A stretch of 64,000 bases of DNA from a bacterium. Lineage in GTDB: Bacteria > UBA10199 > 2-02-FULL-44-16 > JAAZCA01. This document shows positions 57,804 through 64,000 of the stretch, piece after piece (within the stretch, counting starts at the first letter, position 1; each line of letters starts with the position of its first letter). A model generated the notes under the pieces. It had not been told where the DNA came from, made no database searches, and saw only the letters and a list, made by a program, of their open reading frames with translations. The position numbers were made by a program, and so were the translations under genes. Location of the stretch: positions 320,001 through 384,000 of the forward strand of contig CAXXGI010000001.1 in NCBI GenBank assembly GCA_963674695.2, in the 5' to 3' direction.

Positions 57804-58841
57804 TCAATATCCCCAAAAGGTCTTGGTCAGATCATAAAGATCCATGTCGAGCGTCTTGAGCCCCTCGGCCACGGTCGACAGCGGAATCTCGACAACATCC
57901 TTCCCCTGCAGCGCGACCATCTTGCCCCACCGACCGGCATGGGCCGCATCCATCGCCGCCACGCCGTAACGCGTGGCCAGCACGCGATCGTAGGCGGTCG
58001 GCCGACCACCGCGCTGAATGTGACCGAGCACCGTCACGCGCGTATCATAGCCCGTCTTCTGTTCGATCATCTTTCCTAACACGTTACCGATGCCACCGAG
58101 CTGCACATGACCAAAGTCATCGACGTGTTTCGAAGAAAGCACTTCGTCCGTCCCCTTGATCTTGGCCCCTTCAGCCACGACGATGATGGAAAAGAAAACA
58201 CCCGACTTGTGTCGTTGCAGAACCATCTCGCAGACTTCATCCGTGTCGATCGGTTTTTCCGGGATGAGGATGCAGTCAGCACCGCCGGCCAGCCCCGCAT
58301 ACGCGGCGATCCATCCGGCATGCCGCCCCATCACCTCACAGACGAGAACGCGGTCATGCGACTCGGCCGTGGTGTGCAGCCGATCGATCGCTTCGGTCGC
58401 GATCTCGACGGCGGTATCGAAACCGAAGGTGAAGTCGGTTCCCATCAAATCGTTGTCGATCGTCTTCGGAACACCGACGACGTTGATGCCGTTGTCGTTC
58501 AACCTCTTGGCGATCCCCAGCGTATCCTCGCCGCCGATGGCGATGATGCCGTCGAGCTGTAATTTTTTGATGTTGGCGATCGCCTGTTTGGCCGTCGCAT
58601 CATCTTTGAAGATGTTCGTGCGGCTCGTGCCTAAAATGGTGCCGCCCCGATGCAAAATACCCTGTACATCGCGCCGGGTAAGCGAACAGGTGTCCATCTC
58701 CAACAGGCCGCGCCACCCGTGCTTGACACCGATGGCCTCATACCCGCCGTGCATGATGGCCCGTCGCACGACCGCGCGGATGACCGCATTGAGTCCTGGG
58801 CAATCGCCGCCGCCGGTGAGTACTCCAACTCGCTTTGTCAT
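57804..58841 (-). CDS. pfkA: 6-phosphofructokinase
   Basis: LTGGGDCPGLNAVIR, GGTILGTSR, GGEDT, PKTIDND, EVMGRHAG, LGHIQRGG. Confidence 0.97.
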   Translation of the reverse strand: MTKRVGVLTGGGDCPGLNAVIRAVVRRAIMHGGYEAIGVKHGWRGLLEMDTCSLTRRDVQGILHRGGTILGTSRTNIFKDDATAKQAIANIKKLQLDGIIAIGGEDTLGIAKRLNDNGINVVGVPKTIDNDLMGTDFTFGFDTAVEIATEAIDRLHTTAESHDRVLVCEVMGRHAGWIAAYAGLAGGADCILIPEKPIDTDEVCEMVLQRHKSGVFFSIIVVAEGAKIKGTDEVLSSKHVDDFGHVQLGGIGNVLGKMIEQKTGYDTRVTVLGHIQRGGRPTAYDRVLATRYGVAAMDAAHAGRWGKMVALQGKDVVEIPLSTVAEGLKTLDMDLYDLTKTFWGY

Positions 58842-58884
58842 AATACGCCTCCCTCTTTCGGACGCCTACCTCCGCGCCCATTTG

Positions 58885-60261
58885 TCATGGTTGTGAAACC
58901 GGTTGCTGTTGTGCAGACGATACGGTCGCTTTCTGCAGAAACTCGATCGCCCGCTTGAGTTGATAGTCTTCCCCCTCTTTCTGAACCGGCGGCTTCGGCG
59001 CGACCTCTTCCCCTTCGTCCACCGAGGCGCTCGGCGCCGCCTTCGCCACACCCTTCTTCGCTGAAGCCTTCGGCTTCGGCTGATCCTTGGGAACCACGAT
59101 ATCCGGAACGACTCCCAGGTCCTGGATGAATCGACCGCTCGGAGTCTGATACTTCGCGATCGTGAGTTTGAGCCCTGAGCCGTCGTCGAGGTCGATCACG
59201 GTCTGCACCGATCCCTTGCCGAAGGAGGTGGTTCCCATGATGGTCGCACGCTTGCTGTCCTGCAGGGCGCCGGCCACGATCTCAGAGGCGGAGGCCGACC
59301 CTCGATCAATGAGAACGACCACCGGATAGTCCGGCTCGGTCTCCTCCGCATGCGCCTCATGCCGATCGATCTCACGACCACGACTGGCCGTCGTGACGAT
59401 CACGCCCTCGTCCATAAAGAGATCGGAGACCACCACGGCCTGGTCGAGCAACCCCCCCGGATTGTGGCGCAGATCGAGGATGAGGCCATCGAGCGCATTC
59501 TCTTTGCGCAACTGCTTGAGCGCACGACGCAGCGCGCGCCCCGTTCCCTGCTGAAAGTTGCTGATGCTCACATACCCGAAACGATCGCCGACCACCTCGG
59601 CCTTGACGCTGGGCACCTTGATGATGCTGCGCTTGAGCGAAACGTCGAAAGGCTTGTGCCCCTCCCGCCCAATGGTGAGCGTAATGCGGCTACCGCGCTT
59701 GCCGCGCATGAGCGAAACCGCCTGGGAGAGCATCATGTTCTTGGTGCCCTTGCCGTCGATGCGCAGAATCACATCGCCCGCCTGGATCCCCTCGCGCGCA
59801 GCGGGCGAGCCCTTGATGGGAGAGACGACCGTGAGGTATCCCTTACGCACCGTCACCTCGATGCCGATGCCATCGAAGCGCCCGCGCGTATCCACTTTCA
59901 ATTCACGATAGATCTCGGGCGACATATAGACGCTGTGCGGGTCGAGCGTGCCGAGCATCCCCTGCATGGCACCCTGGATGAGTTCGTCCTCGTCAATCTC
60001 GTCGGCGTAGTTTTCCTCGACGTAATGGAGCACCTTGCTGAACGTGTGCAGGGCCTCAAATCCCTTCTCGGTCAGCGCCTGCGCCCGCATCGGCGCTCCG
60101 AGCACCACCAGGATGAGAAAGAGACACGCCCCGTGCAGGAATAGACGCCTGTGGCTGGAAGACTGCGTGCGGCCCACGAAAACCCCTTGTTCCGGAGATG
60201 AACGAAAAACAAAAGCGGATACCAGCAACCAAGTTCTTACAATGGCGCCCTTTTCTCGCAT
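58885..60261 (-). CDS. ctpA: Carboxyl-terminal processing protease (S41), start uncertain
   Basis: LDPHS, PDZ GIGIEV, DLRHNPGGLL, SASASEIVAGALQD, FGKGSVQ. Confidence 0.95.
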   Translation of the reverse strand: MREKGAIVRTWLLVSAFVFRSSPEQGVFVGRTQSSSHRRLFLHGACLFLILVVLGAPMRAQALTEKGFEALHTFSKVLHYVEENYADEIDEDELIQGAMQGMLGTLDPHSVYMSPEIYRELKVDTRGRFDGIGIEVTVRKGYLTVVSPIKGSPAAREGIQAGDVILRIDGKGTKNMMLSQAVSLMRGKRGSRITLTIGREGHKPFDVSLKRSIIKVPSVKAEVVGDRFGYVSISNFQQGTGRALRRALKQLRKENALDGLILDLRHNPGGLLDQAVVVSDLFMDEGVIVTTASRGREIDRHEAHAEETEPDYPVVVLIDRGSASASEIVAGALQDSKRATIMGTTSFGKGSVQTVIDLDDGSGLKLTIAKYQTPSGRFIQDLGVVPDIVVPKDQPKPKASAKKGVAKAAPSASVDEGEEVAPKPPVQKEGEDYQLKRAIEFLQKATVSSAQQQPVSQP

Positions 60262-60288
60262 ACACCGCCAGAAAGGTCAAAGCTGAAA

Positions 60289-60517
60289 ACAGTTGAAAGT
60301 TGAACGTTAAAAGTTGAAAGAAAGGGGGTTTCCCCTTTCAGACCGCTGACAAAGTCCCAACGATGTCATTCCGAGTGAGCCGAAAGGCGAGTCGAGGAAT
60401 CTCATGAGATCCTTCGACTCGTCCGTTCCGGCCTCGCTCAGGATGACAACAGCAGGGTTTGTCATCAACCTCGAAGGGGTTTCCCCTTTCAACTTTAAAC
60501 TTCCAACTTTCAACTGT
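60289..60517. repeat. Inverted heptamer arrays (AAGTTGA)n/(TCAACTT)n forming a long hairpin
   Basis: ACAGTTGAAAGTTGAACGTTAAAAGTTGAAAG (60289-60320) nearly complementary to 60486-60517. Confidence 0.85.
60340..60471. mobile_element. MITE-like element with internal REP-like palindrome and flanking direct repeat
   Basis: AGACCGCTGACAAA...TTTGTCATCAACCT; inner TGTCATTCCGAGTGAG...CGCTCAGGATGACA; GGGGTTTCCCCTTTC on both sides. Confidence 0.75.
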
Positions 60518-60518
60518 C

Positions 60519-61319
60519 TTACAGGTCCACCCGGGTCACCTGCGGCAGATCCCCTTCGAGAAAGCGATGCGCGATGACCTCGAAGCGAGCGGGCAGGTCG
60601 GTGACATAGATCTGACATCCCGCGGGGGAAGCGCCATCTCCGCTCAATCCGCGCTCATCGAGCAGCGCCTTCAGGGCCAGGGCGGTGGTCTCGGCGGAAT
60701 CAACGACGGTGATCCCCTCGCCCAGTTCCCGCTCGATCGTGGAGGCCAGGAGCGGATAGTGCGTACATCCGAGGATGAGCACATCGATCCCCTCGGCGCG
60801 CACGCCGTCGAGATAGCGATGCACGATGGACTCGGTGATCTCACCACCGAGCCACCCCTCTTCGATGAGCGGCACGAAAAGCGGACAAGCGCGACTGACA
60901 ACCCGCACGCCGGGATTGAGCTCGCGCAGAGCAGCGCCATAGGCGTTGCTCGAAATCGTTCCGGCCGTCCCGATCACGCCGATGCTCCCCCCGCGGGTCG
61001 CTGCAAGCGCCGCGCGAGCACCGGGCTCAACGACACCGATGACCGGAACCTCGAGCTCGCGCGCAAGTGCGGGCAGGGCATAGGCGGAGGCCGTATTGCA
61101 GGCGACCACCACCGCGCGCACACCGCGATCGACGAGAAAATGCGAGCATTCGCGCGCATAGCGCACGACCGTCTCGGCCGACTTGGTCCCATAGGGGACG
61201 CGCGCCGTATCGCCCAGATAGAGGAGCGACTCCTGCGGCAGATGCCGGCGAATGGCGGCAAAAACCGTCAAACCGCCGATACCGGAGTCGAAGATGCCGA
61301 TGGGACCGGAAGCGACCAT
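60519..61319 (-). CDS. murI: Glutamate racemase
   Basis: GIFDSGIGGLTV, DTARVPYG, ACNTAS, LGCTHYP. Confidence 0.97.
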   Translation of the reverse strand: MVASGPIGIFDSGIGGLTVFAAIRRHLPQESLLYLGDTARVPYGTKSAETVVRYARECSHFLVDRGVRAVVVACNTASAYALPALARELEVPVIGVVEPGARAALAATRGGSIGVIGTAGTISSNAYGAALRELNPGVRVVSRACPLFVPLIEEGWLGGEITESIVHRYLDGVRAEGIDVLILGCTHYPLLASTIERELGEGITVVDSAETTALALKALLDERGLSGDGASPAGCQIYVTDLPARFEVIAHRFLEGDLPQVTRVDL

Positions 61320-61366
61320 GCGCGGCGCTATAGCGCAGCATCCCCCGGAGGGCCAGTAAAAAGGGG

Positions 61367-61393
61367 GCAACTTTTGGGAGCGATATGCGATAA
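61367..61393 (+). promoter_or_regulatory. Recurrent sigma28-like motif, copy 7
   Basis: GCAACTT-N13-GCGATAA upstream of GTG 61420. Confidence 0.7.
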
Positions 61394-61419
61394 GGGGGAA
61401 CAAGGAGGGGGTTTTCATC

Positions 61420-62517
61420 GTGTCCGATCATGCGTGTCAATTCGCTGCCGCCCGCGACGCTGAAGCCGGCGCACTCTGCCGCCTGCTCATCGACGAGATG
61501 AAGATGGCACCGAATGCCATCGATGCGGGCGTGCCCTTCGTCGCCTGCGAGACCACGACCCCCGGCACCTGCGATGACGGCTGGAACTGCTCCGTCCAGG
61601 TGGAATCCCACACCGCCGGTGACAAAACGCTGCAGCCCGGTGAAATCTACACCTCCGCTCTGGCCCTCCTCGAAGAAGAGGAGGATCGATTCGTCGCCAG
61701 CCAAGGGAAGACATCGCGCCCCTTCACCGACCTGGTCTCCACACGCACGACCTTTCGCCACCCGGGGCTCTTTTCCGATTTCGATCCAAAGACGCATGAC
61801 GACGACAAGCTCCTGCAGCGCATCGGCCGGACGTTCGCGCGCATGCGCGCCGACCTCGTCGCACAAGGGTATGCGAAGGACACCCCCGATTTTCGTATCG
61901 TGCTGGCCCAACGCATCTGCGACTGGATGTTCGACCCGAAGGGATTGGGCGTTTCGAAGATTGATCTGGCTGGCCGCGAACGCGCGGTCATCGAGCTCAT
62001 GCGCCTGCCTCCCGGAGAACGCCAGGGAGACTGCTCGGAACTGGCCCGCCTGCTTTGCGGCCTTATGCGCCTGGCCGGACTCGATGCGGAGATCCTCGAT
62101 GTCCAGTGGGACAAACTCGATGTGACGATCTTCTGGCACATGGCGGTGGCGCTCTTTCCCGATCCGAACGATCGCTCGCGCATGATCACGATCGACCCGT
62201 ATCACAAGGGGTGGATGTCGGAGCAGGGCCACTTCGCACAGTCGATCATGCCCGCCGTAAGCGCGCTGGCCGCCTTCAACGCCAACGCCGAACATGCAGC
62301 AGTAGAGCCAAGCGCGCTCTTTTCCAGCACCGAACCACCGCTTGCGCACGCCCTACGCTACGACCCCCACTACGCGCTGGCCCTCTACATGCGCGCCCTG
62401 CGCGCGCACGAGCACGGGGATACGACACAAGCACGCACCGCGATCGAAGCGGCTCGTCGCGCCCGCCCCTGCACACCAAATGTGAAAAGCCTGGAACGCG
62501 AAATCATAACGCCGTGA
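61420..62517 (+). CDS. Transglutaminase-like (Cys-His-Asp) protein with C-terminal TPR
   Basis: AGGAGG RBS; GDCSELARLL..LMRLAGL, WHMAVA, TIDPY; ALRYDPHYALALY. Confidence 0.8.
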   Translation: MSDHACQFAAARDAEAGALCRLLIDEMKMAPNAIDAGVPFVACETTTPGTCDDGWNCSVQVESHTAGDKTLQPGEIYTSALALLEEEEDRFVASQGKTSRPFTDLVSTRTTFRHPGLFSDFDPKTHDDDKLLQRIGRTFARMRADLVAQGYAKDTPDFRIVLAQRICDWMFDPKGLGVSKIDLAGRERAVIELMRLPPGERQGDCSELARLLCGLMRLAGLDAEILDVQWDKLDVTIFWHMAVALFPDPNDRSRMITIDPYHKGWMSEQGHFAQSIMPAVSALAAFNANAEHAAVEPSALFSSTEPPLAHALRYDPHYALALYMRALRAHEHGDTTQARTAIEAARRARPCTPNVKSLEREIITP

Positions 62518-62568
62518 ATCGGCATCACGCGTGAACACCTCTGTTCTTGCCCGTCATCCCCTTGTGTA

Positions 62569-62653
62569 TGTCATCCCCGAGGGTGTTATCGGGGATCTCG
62601 ATCGTAATATGCTGTGATCACCGGGATTCCCGATTACCCCCTCGGGAATGACA
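62569..62653. repeat. REP-like palindrome
   Basis: TGTCATCCCCGAGGGTGTTATCGGGGATC...GATTCCCGATTACCCCCTCGGGAATGACA. Confidence 0.82.
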
Positions 62654-62657
62654 GCGT

Positions 62658-62686
62658 AAAAAAACCCCCGACACGCATGTCGGGGG
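62658..62686 (-). terminator. Intrinsic terminator
   Basis: CCCCCGACA/TGTCGGGGG stem with T-run on minus strand. Confidence 0.75.
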
Positions 62687-62714
62687 CTCCCCTACCGAAT
62701 GGAATGGACGCCGC

Positions 62715-63242
62715 TCACTTTCGAAAGAGTCCTGAGCTTTTGAAGGTGGCATCGGCGTCCTCGTTGACGAGCTTCTTCAACTCGTCGGCTTTCTGTTTCG
62801 GATCGGCCTTCTTTCCCGCCATCGCCGCATCCTGCGCCTTCTCCGCACGCGCCACATGAAACGCACCCATCTCGGCCTCGGAAATATAGCTTCCTTCAAT
62901 CTTATAGCCGATCGGGCCGGAGAGTTCGCGTCCCTCGCCATCGAAGAGCCCCATCTGGTCGAGCGTCTCCCAGCCTCCGAAGAGTCGATCGACCTCCTTC
63001 TGGGCGTCGGCACGCGACAACCCCCCTTGCAGCATCACCGTATCGACCAACACGCTCCAGGGGACGGCGAATCCGCGCCGCTGCGTCTTGCCCTCGATCG
63101 CATCGTGCACGGAAAAAGAGTAGGGAACGGACATCCCCTTGCCCTCCGCAATCTTAAGCGCCGAACCGAAGACGGCATTGGCATCGAGCTTCACCGATTC
63201 CTGTTTGGCCTTCACCCCGCCAATGGGTTTGACGTCTACCAT
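62715..63242 (-). CDS. Orphan protein
   Basis: AGGAGG RBS, GC3-rich codons. Confidence 0.75.
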   Translation of the reverse strand: MVDVKPIGGVKAKQESVKLDANAVFGSALKIAEGKGMSVPYSFSVHDAIEGKTQRRGFAVPWSVLVDTVMLQGGLSRADAQKEVDRLFGGWETLDQMGLFDGEGRELSGPIGYKIEGSYISEAEMGAFHVARAEKAQDAAMAGKKADPKQKADELKKLVNEDADATFKSSGLFRK

Positions 63243-63263
63243 GACCCCTCCTTTCGGACCCCG

Positions 63264-63464
63264 TTATCGCCGCATCATTGCGCGCGGTCGCTCCACCAGA
63301 AAGTGCATGTGCGTCTCCTGCCCGTCGAGATCGGAGATCATCGGATCGGCCAAAAGCCCCAGATCCTCAAACCCCTCCTCCTCGTGCAGGAGTTCCCACG
63401 CCTTGGTGGAGTGACGATAATTTTCGTAGCGATGTTCCATCTCCTCGTTCCAGATCATGCCCAT
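63264..63464 (-). CDS. Small hypothetical protein
   Basis: AGGAGG RBS before ATG 63464; sigma54 motif upstream. Confidence 0.65.
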   Translation of the reverse strand: MGMIWNEEMEHRYENYRHSTKAWELLHEEEGFEDLGLLADPMISDLDGQETHMHFLVERPRAMMRR

Positions 63465-63501
63465 GGCTTTCCTCCTTTTTCCGACTCCATGCCCAAAATA
63501 G

Positions 63502-63517
63502 TGCAAGGAGCGTGCCG
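63502..63517 (-). promoter_or_regulatory. sigma54 promoter
   Basis: Minus strand CGGCACGCTCCTTGCA versus consensus TGGCACG-N4-TTGC. Confidence 0.7.
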
Positions 63518-63689
63518 AGGAAACAGCCATGGAACCCATTGATTTGATTGTGGTTGAGAAATGAACCGGGTGGAGAAAGAAGCGGATGGCCCCGCGAACG
63601 ATCAAAAAATTGACGATCGCGAGCGGTGAACCCAAGACATCCAATCGGACCCTGAAAGAACAATTTTTGTGAAACGCTCGAATGATCGA

Positions 63690-63962
63690 TCAGGATTTAT
63701 TGCGGGATTGTTTCTGAACGCCTGCCAGGTCGCGTTCGATATCCTGTTTGAGCACATCCTGCCTCTGAAGCGTTTTTTGACTTCCGTCGAGGAGCCGATC
63801 CAATACGCCCAGCGCCGCCCGGTAGAACGCTTCGGCCTGAGGCCATTGGCTCATAAACTTGTGGTATTCTTGTCCCTTCCGATGGAGGGCCTCGGCCAAT
63901 TCCATCGCCTCTATGACCGGCAGCGTCCCCTTCTGATCCCGAAGAGAGGTGGCCATCGCCAA
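63690..63962 (-). CDS. Small helical hypothetical protein (TPR-like hairpin)
   Basis: AEALHRKG..., QAEAFYRAAL. Confidence 0.55.
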   Translation of the reverse strand: MAMATSLRDQKGTLPVIEAMELAEALHRKGQEYHKFMSQWPQAEAFYRAALGVLDRLLDGSQKTLQRQDVLKQDIERDLAGVQKQSRNKS

Positions 63963-64000
63963 CGCCTTTTCCCAATCACTCGTTCGACAGAAATACAGGG

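Overview
GC-rich bacterial chromosome segment. Gene content and order (ftsK-lolA, Zn-ribbon-rnhA-rnpB, ctpA-pfkA, murI, tdh-kbl) suggest a deltaproteobacterial/Myxococcota-like lineage; this is an inference. It holds housekeeping genes, RNase P RNA, a tRNA(CAT, probably Ile2) and a ~15.6 kb AT-richer island integrated at that tRNA (45-bp att repeat 16709-16753/32317-32361). The island encodes a tyrosine integrase, excisionase, P4-like primase-helicase, XRE regulator, serine resolvase, PIN protein and a complete type I R-M system; an AbiE type IV TA pair lies just outside it. The most striking unannotated signal is a fixed-spacing motif, GCAACTT-N13-(G/C/T)CGATAA (sigma28-like). It occurs seven times, each time correctly oriented upstream of a gene, mostly orphan genes lacking signal peptides, several ending in a hydrophobic+Arg tail. 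This is a candidate alternative-sigma regulon, possibly of exported effectors. Other points: a 1339-aa orphan with an interrupted GGDEF-like domain, heptamer repeats inside RNase P helix P12, and REP/dRS3-like palindromes nested in MITE-like elements inserted into hairpins. All calls come from reading the sequence by eye; no database searches were run.
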